Assembly: GCA_017609205.1 (NCBI GenBank) | Contig: JAFCEL010000002.1 | Coordinates: 1 to 15,663, forward strand | Origin: Candidatus Saccharimonadota bacterium | GTDB lineage: Archaea > Nanobdellota > Nanobdellia > Pacearchaeales > GW2011-AR1 | Direction: 5' to 3' | Length of the DNA: 15,663 nt | Part shown: one piece after another, positions 5,859 through 14,172 of the stretch | Numbering within the stretch: position 1 is the stretch's first letter | Layout of the letters: every line of letters begins with the position of its first letter | Program-made: the position numbers and the translations under genes | The notes under the pieces: model-generated | What the model was told of the DNA's origin: nothing | Database searches by the model: none | The model's input: only the letters and a program-made list of their open reading frames with translations

Positions 5859-7745
5859 ATGTCTGTAAAACAATCTTATAACGCAGAATCAATTAGGGTA
5901 CTTGAAGGTCTGGAAGGTGTAAGAAAGAGACCTGCAATGTATATTGGATCAACAGGAAGAGAAGGTTTGCATCATATGGTTTATGAAGTTGTTGATAACT
6001 CTGTCGACGAGGCTCTGGCAGGTTTTTGCAAGAAGATAATTGTTAAAATTAATGAGGATGGTTCGGTTAGTGTTGAAGATGATGGGCGTGGAATTCCTGT
6101 TGATATTCATGCTCAGTTGAAAATCCCTGCTGTTCAGGTTGCTTTAACAAAACTTCATGCAGGAGGAAAATTTGATAAAAAATCTTACCAGATTTCAGGA
6201 GGTTTGCATGGTGTCGGAGTCTCTTGCGTTAATGCTTTGTCAAAAAAGTTAATCGTTGAAATTAGGAAAGATGGGAAGATTTATTCTCAAGAATATTCAA
6301 GGGGAAAAGTGAAGAGTAAGCTAAAAGTTATTGGGAAGTATAATGGTGGTTCAAGTGGGACAAAAATAACTTTCTGGCCTGATGGGGATATTTTCTCTAC
6401 GACAGTTTTTGATGCGAAACACTTAGAAACCCGGTTTAGAGAAATCGCTTTTCTTAATGCGGGGTTAAGGATAATCCTTATTGACGAGATAAAGAAACAA
6501 ACAAGTGAATTTTATTACTCTGGAGGATTAATTGAATTTGTAAAATGGATAAATAAATCCAAGGATGTTTTGCATAAGCCTATTTATTTTAAAAGAGAAA
6601 CAAATGGAACGATTGTAGAAATTGCTTTGCAGTATAATACAGGTTATCGAGAGAATATTTTTGGTTTTGTCAATACAATTAATACTGTCGAGGGTGGAAC
6701 GCATATTTCAGGTTTTAAAAGTGCTTTGACGAGAGTGATAAATGATTATGCTAAAAAGAAATGTAATCTAAAAAATGGGTCTCTCAGTGGAGATGATGCT
6801 CGTGAAGGATTAACAGCTATTGTTAGTATTAAACTTGCAGAGCCTCAATTCGAGGGACAAACAAAGACAAAGCTTGGAAATTCAGATATAAAAGGTTTTG
6901 TCGATTCTATTGTTACTTCTGTTTTAGCTGAATTCTTCGAGGAGAATCCGTCTGTTGCTAAAAAAATTGTTACTAAGGCCATGGATTCTGCAAAGGCACG
7001 ACTTGCTGCTAAAAAAGCAAAGGATTTGGTAAGACGGAAAAATGCTTTTTCAGTTGGAGGGTTACCTGGAAAATTGCATGATTGCTCAAGCAAAAAATCT
7101 GATAATACTGAGTTGTATATTGTTGAGGGGGAGAGTGCTGGGGGTTCTGCAAAAAATGCACGGGATAAGAACACTCAAGCTATTTTGCCTTTGAAAGGTA
7201 AGATACTTAATGTTGAGAAATCCAATCCTGCGAGAGCGCTTTCAAGCGAGGAAATTACAAATATGATTACTGCAATTGGAACTGGTGTTGGTGACCAGTT
7301 TGATATTAAAAAACTGAGATATGGCAAAGTAATTATAATGACTGATGCTGATGTTGATGGAGAGCATATAAAAACGCTTCTTTTAACATTCTTTTTTAGG
7401 TTTATGCCTGATTTAATCAAGGAAGGAAAAGTTTATGCTGCGATGCCTCCATTGTATAGAATTAGAAATAGAAAGGATTATTATGTTTATTCTGACGAAG
7501 AGTTAAAGAAAGCAGTAGGGAAACTTGGTGCTGGAAATGTTACGAGGTTTAAGGGTTTGGGAGAGATGAGTCTTCAGCAATTGTGGGAAACTACAATGAA
7601 TCCAAAGACAAGGAGAATTAAGAGAATTTTTATTGAGGATGCTCTTGAAGCTGATAGGGTTTTTTCAATGTTAATGGGCGATGACGTTCAAGCTAGGAAG
7701 GAATTTATACAAGAGAATGCTAAACAGGCGGAATTAGATGTTTAA
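5859..7745 (+). CDS. gyrB: DNA gyrase subunit B
   Basis: Full set of GHKL ATPase and Toprim motifs: 'HHMVYEVVDNSVDEA', 'EDDGRGIP', 'GLHGVG', 'QTKTKLGN', 'EGESAGGSA', 'PLKGKILNVEK', 'IMTDADVDGEHI'. At 628 aa it is the short form without the large enterobacterial insert. Confidence 0.97.
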   Translation: MSVKQSYNAESIRVLEGLEGVRKRPAMYIGSTGREGLHHMVYEVVDNSVDEALAGFCKKIIVKINEDGSVSVEDDGRGIPVDIHAQLKIPAVQVALTKLHAGGKFDKKSYQISGGLHGVGVSCVNALSKKLIVEIRKDGKIYSQEYSRGKVKSKLKVIGKYNGGSSGTKITFWPDGDIFSTTVFDAKHLETRFREIAFLNAGLRIILIDEIKKQTSEFYYSGGLIEFVKWINKSKDVLHKPIYFKRETNGTIVEIALQYNTGYRENIFGFVNTINTVEGGTHISGFKSALTRVINDYAKKKCNLKNGSLSGDDAREGLTAIVSIKLAEPQFEGQTKTKLGNSDIKGFVDSIVTSVLAEFFEENPSVAKKIVTKAMDSAKARLAAKKAKDLVRRKNAFSVGGLPGKLHDCSSKKSDNTELYIVEGESAGGSAKNARDKNTQAILPLKGKILNVEKSNPARALSSEEITNMITAIGTGVGDQFDIKKLRYGKVIIMTDADVDGEHIKTLLLTFFFRFMPDLIKEGKVYAAMPPLYRIRNRKDYYVYSDEELKKAVGKLGAGNVTRFKGLGEMSLQQLWETTMNPKTRRIKRIFIEDALEADRVFSMLMGDDVQARKEFIQENAKQAELDV

Positions 7746-8037
7746 GATGGCAAAGAAGTCAAGAGTTCAAACACCTGCGTGGATACTTGAAGGATATGAC
7801 TCTAGAGAGGAATATGAAAAAGCAAAAGGTAAGATAAGCAATAAGAAATCAGGAAAAACCTTTAAAATCAGAAGATGTCCTGATTGTAACAGCGACGAAG
7901 TTAGAGTCGTAGTCGGAGAAGAATCTAAAGGGCTTTGGGAATGCAGTAAATGTAATTGGAGAGGAAAGAATATTAAAGAAGAGGAATTAAATGAAGAAGA
8001 ATTCCTTAGGTATTTGGATAAAAAAGAAGGAAATTAA
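7738..8037 (+). CDS. Small zinc-ribbon protein (96-99 aa) embedded between gyrB and gyrA
   Basis: The ORF fills the whole gyrB-gyrA gap. The ATG at 7738 overlaps the gyrB stop by 8 nt; the alternative ATG at 7747 is 1 nt after it. Its stop lies 5 nt before the gyrA start. The 'CPDC..(18)..CSKC' four-Cys ribbon is at 7876-7953, flanked by charged regions. Confidence 0.7.
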   Translation: MFKMAKKSRVQTPAWILEGYDSREEYEKAKGKISNKKSGKTFKIRRCPDCNSDEVRVVVGEESKGLWECSKCNWRGKNIKEEELNEEEFLRYLDKKEGN

Positions 8038-8042
8038 ATAAG

Positions 8043-10493
8043 ATGACACCCAAGAAAGAAAATATTGAAGAGCAGAAGTCAGAAAAAGGAGTTTTTGATG
8101 CAGAGGTCTCTTCTGAAATGAAGAAATCTTATTTAGATTATGCTATGAGTGTTATTGTATCGAGGGCAATTCCTGCAATTGAGGATGGGTTAAAGCCTGT
8201 TCAGAGGAGAATTCTTTATGCAATGAATCAAATGGGGCTTAAGCCTGGAACACAGACAAAAAAATCTGCTCGTGTTGTAGGAGATGTCATTGGTAAATAT
8301 CATCCTCATGGCGATACTGCTGTTTATGATGCAATGGTTCGGCTTGCACAGGATTTTTCAATGAGATATCCTATTGTTTTTGGTCAAGGTAATTTTGGTT
8401 CAATTGATGGTGACCCTCCTGCAGCTATGCGTTATACAGAAGCACGACTTATGCCTATTGCTCTTGAACTCCTTCAAGATATTGAAAAAGAGACTGTTAA
8501 TTTTATTCCAAATTATGATGGGTCTTTAAAAGAACCTGAATTGCTTCCTGGGAAATTACCTGCTCTGATTTTGAATGGTGCTACGGGTATTGCAGTGGGT
8601 ATGGCTACTAATATTCCGCCCCATAATCTAGTCGAGGTTTGTAATGCCATTGTTTCTTATATTAAAAATCCGAATTTAAATTTTGAGGAATTAGTAGAAA
8701 TAATTCATGGTCCTGATTTTCCAACAGGGGGCTCTGTTACAGGTGATATGCTGGAGTTATATAAGACTGGAAAAGGAAAACTTGTTTTGAGAGGAAAGGT
8801 AAGCAATGAGACCATAAAAAAGAAAGATGCAATTGTTATAACAGAAATTCCTTATATGGTTAATAAATCAACTCTTGTTCAGCAGATTGCGGATCTTATT
8901 CAAAAGAAAAAGATAAGGGATGTTTCTGATTTAAGAGACGAATCTTCTAAGGGAAAGATTAGAATTGTTCTTGAATTGAGGAAAGGGGCAAACCCTAAAT
9001 TTATTATTAATTCTCTCTATAAGTATACACGACTTCAGGATGCCTTTCACGTCAATTTTCTTGCTCTTTCCGACGGGCAGCCTAAGATTATGAATCTTAA
9101 AGAGGTGTTAGAGGCATATGTGAGTTATAGAAAGAAGATTGTTACAAAAAGAACAAAGTATGAGCTGAGAAAAGCAGAGGAAAGGCAGGAAATAGTTAAT
9201 GGGCTTTTGATTGCTCTAAAAAATATAGATGCAGTTATTAGTCTTATAAAAAAATCTAAAGGAAAGGCAGAAGCATTAGGAGAACTTGTTAAGAAATTCA
9301 AACTTACGAGGAGACAGGCAGAAGCGGTTCTTGAAACAAAATTACAGCAGTTAACTTCAATGGAAGTTGATAAATTAAAAAAGGAAGCAGAGAATCTTAA
9401 GAAGAAAATTTCAGAGTATGAAAGAATTTTGGGTGATATTAATGAGGTTTTAAAAATTATCATTAAAGAAGTTACTGATTTGAAAAATAAGTACGGAGAC
9501 AGTCGAAGGACAACAATCTTAAAGAGTATTAAGGAGATTAAAGAAAAAGATTTAGTGCAGGATAAAGAGGTTGTTGTAACTATTACAGATAAGGGATATT
9601 GTAAAAGGATGGATCTTCAGTCTTATAGGGAGCAGAAGAGAGGCGGCAAAGGAGTTATTGGAAGTGGTTTAGCTACAGGGGATTTTGTAAAACAATTGAT
9701 TACATGTTCAACTCATGATTATCTGATGTTTTTTACGACGAGAGGAAGGGTCTTGTGGCTAAAGACATATGAGATTCCTTCTGCAGAGAGATATAGCAGG
9801 GGGAAGGCTATTGTTAATATGTTAAATTTAAAGGACGAGAATATCACAAAGGTTATCTCTATTAAAAAATTTGATAATTCTCTTTTTATGGCAACTAAGA
9901 AGGGAATTGTTAAGAAGATTTCTTTAAAACATTTTTCAAAACCTCGGGCATCTGGAATAAAGGCGTTGAATCTTCCGAATGATAATTCTGATTTCTTGAT
10001 TGGTGTGGAAATTGTAAAAGAAAACAGTGAAGTTCTTCTTGCTACTAAGAAAGGGCAGGCAATTAGATTTAGTAGTAGTGATGTCCGGGAGATGGGACGG
10101 GCAAGTTATGGTGTTACAGGAATAAAATTGAATAAGGATGATGAAGTTGTTAGTCTTGAAGTTTTAGAAACCGACGCTATCTTAACAATTACGAGAAAAG
10201 GTTATGGAAAGAGGACTTCTGTTGAAGACTATAGAAAAACTGCTCGTGCTGGAAAAGGAGTTATTAATTTGAAAGTCTCTGAGAAAACCGGAGAAGTTGT
10301 CACAACTGTTTCAGTGAATGATAATGACGGGGTTATAATTACAACAGCAAAGGGGATTGTTATGAGAACTTCACTTCAAAATATAAGAATAATGGGGCGT
10401 GCTACACAAGGAGTAAGAATTGTTAAACTCCAGCAAGGAGATTTTGTTACTGATTTAGTAAAGATTCCTGAGAATAACATTAATGGGAAATAG
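8043..10493 (+). CDS. gyrA: DNA gyrase subunit A
   Basis: '[29 protein letters not shown]', 'YHPHGD', and the catalytic-Tyr motif '[10 protein letters not shown]'. A GyrA-box 'QKRGGKG' at the start of the beta-pinwheel C-terminal domain argues for gyrase rather than topo IV. 816 aa. Confidence 0.97.
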   Translation: MTPKKENIEEQKSEKGVFDAEVSSEMKKSYLDYAMSVIVSRAIPAIEDGLKPVQRRILYAMNQMGLKPGTQTKKSARVVGDVIGKYHPHGDTAVYDAMVRLAQDFSMRYPIVFGQGNFGSIDGDPPAAMRYTEARLMPIALELLQDIEKETVNFIPNYDGSLKEPELLPGKLPALILNGATGIAVGMATNIPPHNLVEVCNAIVSYIKNPNLNFEELVEIIHGPDFPTGGSVTGDMLELYKTGKGKLVLRGKVSNETIKKKDAIVITEIPYMVNKSTLVQQIADLIQKKKIRDVSDLRDESSKGKIRIVLELRKGANPKFIINSLYKYTRLQDAFHVNFLALSDGQPKIMNLKEVLEAYVSYRKKIVTKRTKYELRKAEERQEIVNGLLIALKNIDAVISLIKKSKGKAEALGELVKKFKLTRRQAEAVLETKLQQLTSMEVDKLKKEAENLKKKISEYERILGDINEVLKIIIKEVTDLKNKYGDSRRTTILKSIKEIKEKDLVQDKEVVVTITDKGYCKRMDLQSYREQKRGGKGVIGSGLATGDFVKQLITCSTHDYLMFFTTRGRVLWLKTYEIPSAERYSRGKAIVNMLNLKDENITKVISIKKFDNSLFMATKKGIVKKISLKHFSKPRASGIKALNLPNDNSDFLIGVEIVKENSEVLLATKKGQAIRFSSSDVREMGRASYGVTGIKLNKDDEVVSLEVLETDAILTITRKGYGKRTSVEDYRKTARAGKGVINLKVSEKTGEVVTTVSVNDNDGVIITTAKGIVMRTSLQNIRIMGRATQGVRIVKLQQGDFVTDLVKIPENNINGK

Positions 10494-10528
10494 TATACCT
10501 TCTTCATTTAGTTATTACATAAACAAAA

Positions 10529-11179
10529 CTAAAGAAGTCTCTTTCTTAACTTGAGAAAAGTTGAGTAAGCATTATTTTTTCCCTTTAAATTATTCTTAAA
10601 TAAATTTCTTATATATCTTCTGGATGTTACCCTAGAAATATATGCATTAAATAATTTTTCTCCTAAATTGTATCCTTGTTGATAGATAAGAAAATCTTCT
10701 GTATCCCATCCTTTTTTATTAATAATTCTCATACATTTATCTTCTTCATTTAATATATCAGGATATCTGTTAAGTGGATTTTTCCTATCCGGATTAATTA
10801 ATTTTGATGAAAAATAGCCTAACATTTCTGCGATAATCCATGAAGCTAGATAATCTTTTGTGTTTTTATCATAGAGAGTAAGATGAGAGTTGGTAATATG
10901 CAAGAAGTGGCCAGCTTCTTCAGAGATATGCTCTATGTTATTAGTTCCAATTAGAATAATCTTTTGTTTATGAAAGAATATACTTTGTCTCCCTTTTTTA
11001 ACAAGTTCGTAGTCTTCCCTTTCTTTTTCAGATAACCCAAGTGTCTCAAATTTAAAATTTCTTCCTATAAAATAAACTTCTGGTAGGAAAGGTATATTGA
11101 GACCTATTTCTTCAGCAATATCTTCTAAACATTCGAATAATTTGGTTTCTATTTTCTCTTGGAGTTGGGATGCTCTCAT
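10529..11179 (-). CDS. Hypothetical protein (216 aa) with a degenerate metallopeptidase-like 'EEAGHFLH' motif
   Basis: Clean ORF ending in TAG, with a TATA-like box 21-31 nt upstream. 'KIILIGTNNIEHISEEAGHFLH' resembles the strand plus HExxH-helix layout of ImmA/IrrE- or SprT-type proteases, but the first His is replaced by Glu. I recognise no family. Confidence 0.6.
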   Translation of the reverse strand: MRASQLQEKIETKLFECLEDIAEEIGLNIPFLPEVYFIGRNFKFETLGLSEKEREDYELVKKGRQSIFFHKQKIILIGTNNIEHISEEAGHFLHITNSHLTLYDKNTKDYLASWIIAEMLGYFSSKLINPDRKNPLNRYPDILNEEDKCMRIINKKGWDTEDFLIYQQGYNLGEKLFNAYISRVTSRRYIRNLFKNNLKGKNNAYSTFLKLRKRLL

Positions 11180-11194
11180 TTACGGAAAATTTTT

Positions 11195-11238
11195 TTGGTA
11201 ATATAAAAATTTGTATCTCTGGATAGATATATTACCAA
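11195..11238. repeat. Perfect 11-bp inverted repeat (ttggtaatata / tatattaccaa) with a 22-nt spacer
   Basis: 11195-11205 'ttggtaatata' is the exact reverse complement of 11228-11238 'tatattaccaa'. The right arm covers the nuclease stop codon (11232-11234). The left arm overlaps the TATA-like box of the downstream gene. Confidence 0.7.
11200..11210 (-). promoter_or_regulatory. TATA-box-like element (minus strand TTTTTATAT) upstream of the 216-aa ORF
   Basis: The minus strand reads 'acaaaTTTTTATATtaccaa'. The box is centred about 26 nt upstream of the ATG at 11179, i.e. leaderless geometry. It lies inside the 11195-11238 inverted repeat. Confidence 0.35.
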
Positions 11239-12083
11239 ATATCTAATAATTCTTCTTTTGAGATATCTTCTTCGCCATTAAGTTTTATTTGTTTTTCTTT
11301 TTTTGGGGAAGTTCCTCCAAATTCAGGACAAAAATCCTTATATTCACACCAGTCGCATAAGATGGATTTTTGTGGAGGAAATTCTTCTGTTTCTTCTATT
11401 TTTTTAATGAGTTCGAGAGTTTCTTCTTTTAGTTGCTGAAGTTGTTCATTTGTTCGACGAGAGTAAATCTTTAAGTTGTGTGCGAGATAATGCCATATCA
11501 GGCAGATATTTTTATCATGCCCAAAAATTTCCTTTACTGCTATTGAATAAAGTGCGAGTTGCCTGTCTTTTTCTATTTTTTCTTTTAGGGGCATTGAATT
11601 TGATGTTTTGTAGTCGTGAATTTCATACTCATTAGTTGCTTTGTTATAAACGAGTCTGTCTATAAATCCTTGTATTTTATATTCGCCTTCGGGGTCAAGG
11701 TCAAGCAATATTTTCTTCTCAACTTCTAATGTATTTTCATCAAAAGGATGGTTTTTTGTATAATAATTTAAGATAAATTGGACGCCTTTGTTGAAATAAT
11801 CTCTTTCTGTGAGATCTTCTTTAACAATTACTGTCTCTGGTTTTATTGTGTTTTCCCAATATTTTGTGTAGAATAATATTACCTCGTCAATTTCAGGAAT
11901 TTTCTTTTTGCTTATCTCCTTATAAAGCCATTCAAGTGTTGCATGAACTGTGCTTCCAAGATGGGACTCTATTGATTGTGTTTCAGGAGGGATTTTCTCA
12001 ATATAACGGAGTTTAAATTTATAGGGACATTGTTCAAATGTAGAAATCCGAGAATGTGAATATATCTTTGGTTTCTTTTTCAT
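11232..12083 (-). CDS. PD-(D/E)XK nuclease of the Cas4/AddB (RecB-family) type with a 4Fe-4S cluster cysteine signature
   Basis: N-terminal 'SHSRISTFEQCPYKFKLRY' (Cys19). Catalytic 'GFIDRL' (D142) and 'EIHDYKT' (D157, K159). 'QLALY' QxxxY motif. C-terminal 'CDWCEYKDFC' gives the pattern C-Xn-C-X2-C-X5-C. 283 aa. Confidence 0.85.
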   Translation of the reverse strand: MKKKPKIYSHSRISTFEQCPYKFKLRYIEKIPPETQSIESHLGSTVHATLEWLYKEISKKKIPEIDEVILFYTKYWENTIKPETVIVKEDLTERDYFNKGVQFILNYYTKNHPFDENTLEVEKKILLDLDPEGEYKIQGFIDRLVYNKATNEYEIHDYKTSNSMPLKEKIEKDRQLALYSIAVKEIFGHDKNICLIWHYLAHNLKIYSRRTNEQLQQLKEETLELIKKIEETEEFPPQKSILCDWCEYKDFCPEFGGTSPKKEKQIKLNGEEDISKEELLDIW

Positions 12084-12104
12084 AGTTTATGGAAAAAAGA
12101 GAAG

Positions 12105-12111
12105 TTTTAAA
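12105..12111 (-). promoter_or_regulatory. TATA-box-like element (minus strand TTTAAAA) upstream of the nuclease gene
   Basis: The minus strand reads 'ctataaacTTTAAAAc', 22-28 nt upstream of the ATG at 12083, with no SD. Confidence 0.3.
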
Positions 12112-12140
12112 GTTTATAGTGTTAGACTATTCTATATGTT

Positions 12141-12863
12141 TTATTCTTCTTCAATGTCTTTTGTTAAAAAACTCCACCAAGGGTTTTTTATCTTGATTAT
12201 TTCCCCTGTTTCAGGGTCCATTTGCATTCTTACCCTTTCTCTTATAGGAATTAATCCGAATAATCTTGCTTTTTTCCTTATTTGTATTTTATAATTTCCA
12301 TCTTCGTCTAATTCTATTGTTTGATTCTCTAATCTTGCTTTTATTCTTTGTCTTATTCTTTCTTTAACTTCATCTGGCATTATTTCTATTGCTTTTGTTT
12401 TATTATTTTTAAAGACGCCATATATTTTTCCTTCTGCTCTGTATAATTCTACTTTTGTTGTCATATTTTCTCCTTTAACTTGAATAACTGTATTTCCTGA
12501 TTTGCCTGCTCTAATTATCATCTCCCTTCCATCTTGTGTTTGGCATTTTGTTACAGAACCTGTGCATGTGCATCCATTAGGGCAATTACTTGGATCAGCA
12601 TTTGCCTGCAATCTGTTTTGTATTCTTCTGATAACTCTTGCTTTGTACTCTGATAACTCCCTTGATCTTGTTTGGGCATGAGCTTGTATTTGAGAGTTTT
12701 CTCCTGAATTTTGCGTTTGTACTGAATTTTGTATTGCAGAATTATTTGAATTATTATTTTTACCTTCGTTTGAATTAAGTGTTACAGAGCCTGTAATTCC
12801 TGCTGTAACAAAGCCAACTAAAAGGAATACTAGAATGATTATTGGTATTACTCTTTTTTGCAT
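12141..12863 (-). CDS. Secreted or membrane-anchored protein with an N/Q/S-rich linker, a 'CPNGCTCTGSVTKC' Cys motif and a C-terminal 'NPWWSFL' motif
   Basis: N-terminal 'MQKRVIPIIILVFLLVGFVTAG' is a signal or anchor sequence, followed by a low-complexity N/Q/S linker. Then comes a structured domain with four clustered Cys and 'ARLFGLIPIRERVRMQMDPETGEIIKIKNPWW'. I believe I have seen similar archaeal hypothetical proteins but cannot name a family. Confidence 0.75.
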   Translation of the reverse strand: MQKRVIPIIILVFLLVGFVTAGITGSVTLNSNEGKNNNSNNSAIQNSVQTQNSGENSQIQAHAQTRSRELSEYKARVIRRIQNRLQANADPSNCPNGCTCTGSVTKCQTQDGREMIIRAGKSGNTVIQVKGENMTTKVELYRAEGKIYGVFKNNKTKAIEIMPDEVKERIRQRIKARLENQTIELDEDGNYKIQIRKKARLFGLIPIRERVRMQMDPETGEIIKIKNPWWSFLTKDIEEE

Positions 12864-12883
12864 ATCTTATTTGTAACAATTCA

Positions 12884-12891
12884 TTTATAAA
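12884..12891 (-). promoter_or_regulatory. TATA-box-like palindrome (TTTATAAA) upstream of the secreted-protein gene
   Basis: Lies 21-28 nt upstream of the ATG at 12863 and just downstream of the aIF2-gamma stop at 12905-12907. Confidence 0.35.
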
Positions 12892-12904
12892 TTTTTTGCA
12901 ATTT

Positions 12905-14092
12905 TTACTCTTGAATTTTTCCGAACCCTATTAATCGCCAATGACCGTTTATATTTCGTGCAATTCCAACATTATCTCCTTTAAGTGCTATTATAGGAAT
13001 ATTGAGATTTAACTCTAATTCGGATTCTTTTATTCTCTCAATTATTCCGACGGTGATTGTTGTATCTACTGAGAGCATAAGCATTTCTTTTGTTTTTATT
13101 GGTTCAACTAGTTTTTTTTCTTCTGTTCCGAGGACTTCTTTAAATAGTTCGTATTTTATCTTCAGATGGTTTGTAATTTCTGGAAGGTTTCCTTTTGTTG
13201 AGACAACACAACCAGTTAATGAATCTGTTTTTGTGAGAAAGGGGTCGAGAGAAGTTTCTATTGAGATGCTTGCTCCAGGGGTTACTTCTTCGAAGGATTC
13301 TTTTCCTTTATGAAGTGATAGAATTTTTGTTGTTAATGTTTGATATATTTGTTGATTTTGTTTTTTTATGCTTAGTCCGGGTTTTATTTCTATTTCATCG
13401 TTGATTTTTAATTTTCCTTTTTTCAAGATCCCTCCTAAAACCCCTCCTTTTAGATTTTTTATTTCAGTTCCTGGTTTATTTATATCAAAACTCCTTGCGA
13501 TTAGGAAAATTGGTTTTGTGTTTATTTCTCTTTTTGGAATTTCTATTTTTATTAGTTCTTCTAGTATTTTGTCGATGTTTATCTTCTGTTGCGCTGATAT
13601 TGGGATTATTGGAGAGTTCTCAGCAAAGGTTCCTTTAACAAATTTCTTTATTTCGTGATAATTTTTTAATGCTTGCTCTTTTGTTACTAAGTCTATTTTG
13701 TTTTGGACAATTATTATATTCTTTATTTTTTTTGCCTGTAGTGCCATAAGGTGTTCTTTTGTTTGTGGCTTGATACCTTCGTTTGCTGCTATAACGAGTA
13801 TTGCAGCGTCGATAATTGCTGCCCCTGAAAGCATAGTCGCCATAAGCATTTCATGACCTGGGGCGTCAATAAAGCTAATATAACGAAGAGGCTTTCCTTT
13901 TTTTGTATTTAGTCTTCCATTATCATCGAAGATTGTTATTTCTGAGTAACCGAGTTTAATTGTAATACCTCTTTTGAGCTCTTCTGAGTGGGTATCTGTA
14001 AATTTTCCAGTTAGGCGATTGAGCAAGGTTGTTTTCCCATGGTCAATATGTCCTACGACCCCGACATTTATTTCAGGCAGGTTATTTTTCAT
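12905..14092 (-). CDS. eif2g: Translation initiation factor aIF2 gamma subunit
   Basis: GTPase motifs 'GHIDHGKTT' (G1), 'DAPGHE' (G3), 'QNKIDL' (G4), 'ISAQ' (G5). 'HSEELKRGITIKLGY' plus domains II/III ('IARSFDINKPG', 'LKGGVLGG', 'HWRLIGFG') match archaeal aIF2-gamma along the whole 395 aa. Confidence 0.95.
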   Translation of the reverse strand: MKNNLPEINVGVVGHIDHGKTTLLNRLTGKFTDTHSEELKRGITIKLGYSEITIFDDNGRLNTKKGKPLRYISFIDAPGHEMLMATMLSGAAIIDAAILVIAANEGIKPQTKEHLMALQAKKIKNIIIVQNKIDLVTKEQALKNYHEIKKFVKGTFAENSPIIPISAQQKINIDKILEELIKIEIPKREINTKPIFLIARSFDINKPGTEIKNLKGGVLGGILKKGKLKINDEIEIKPGLSIKKQNQQIYQTLTTKILSLHKGKESFEEVTPGASISIETSLDPFLTKTDSLTGCVVSTKGNLPEITNHLKIKYELFKEVLGTEEKKLVEPIKTKEMLMLSVDTTITVGIIERIKESELELNLNIPIIALKGDNVGIARNINGHWRLIGFGKIQE

Positions 14093-14113
14093 ATAGAATT
14101 TAGAGATAATTCA

Positions 14114-14120
14114 GTTAAAA
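14114..14120 (-). promoter_or_regulatory. Candidate TATA-like element (minus strand TTTTAAC) upstream of aIF2-gamma
   Basis: Lies 22-28 nt upstream of the ATG at 14092, within the 80-nt S6e/aIF2-gamma spacer. Confidence 0.25.
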
Positions 14121-14172
14121 GGTTTTTGGATATTCTATTTATGTATAATGATATTTTTTGTTTAAGAATATT

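Noticed and set aside
6845-9463. Minus-strand ORFs 6845..7174, 7175..7420 and 9125..9463 inside gyrB/gyrA
   Set aside because: They are antisense to unambiguous gyrase coding sequence, so they are shadow ORFs.
10494-10528. Imperfect inverted repeat (cttc..tttag / ctaaa gaag) in the convergent gyrA / 216-aa gap as a bidirectional terminator, and the strand switch as a replication landmark
   Set aside because: The stem is short and bulged, and there is no oligo-T run of 5 or more. One strand switch in 15 kb gives no basis for calling a replication terminus.
10880-10910. Calling the 216-aa protein an active zinc metalloprotease from 'EEAGHFLH'
   Set aside because: The canonical HExxH is not present, because the first His is Glu. 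The resemblance rests on one short motif only. I kept it as a hypothetical protein and noted the motif.
11232-12083. Taking the Cas4-like nuclease as evidence of a CRISPR-Cas locus
   Set aside because: I found no direct-repeat/spacer array and no cas1/cas2-like ORFs anywhere in the 15.6 kb. Standalone Cas4/AddB-type nucleases are common.
11450-13658. Plus-strand ORFs 11450..11635, 13002..13313 and 13368..13658
   Set aside because: They are antisense to the well-supported nuclease and aIF2-gamma genes. Their F/I/S-rich translations are typical of reverse-strand reading of AT-rich coding DNA.
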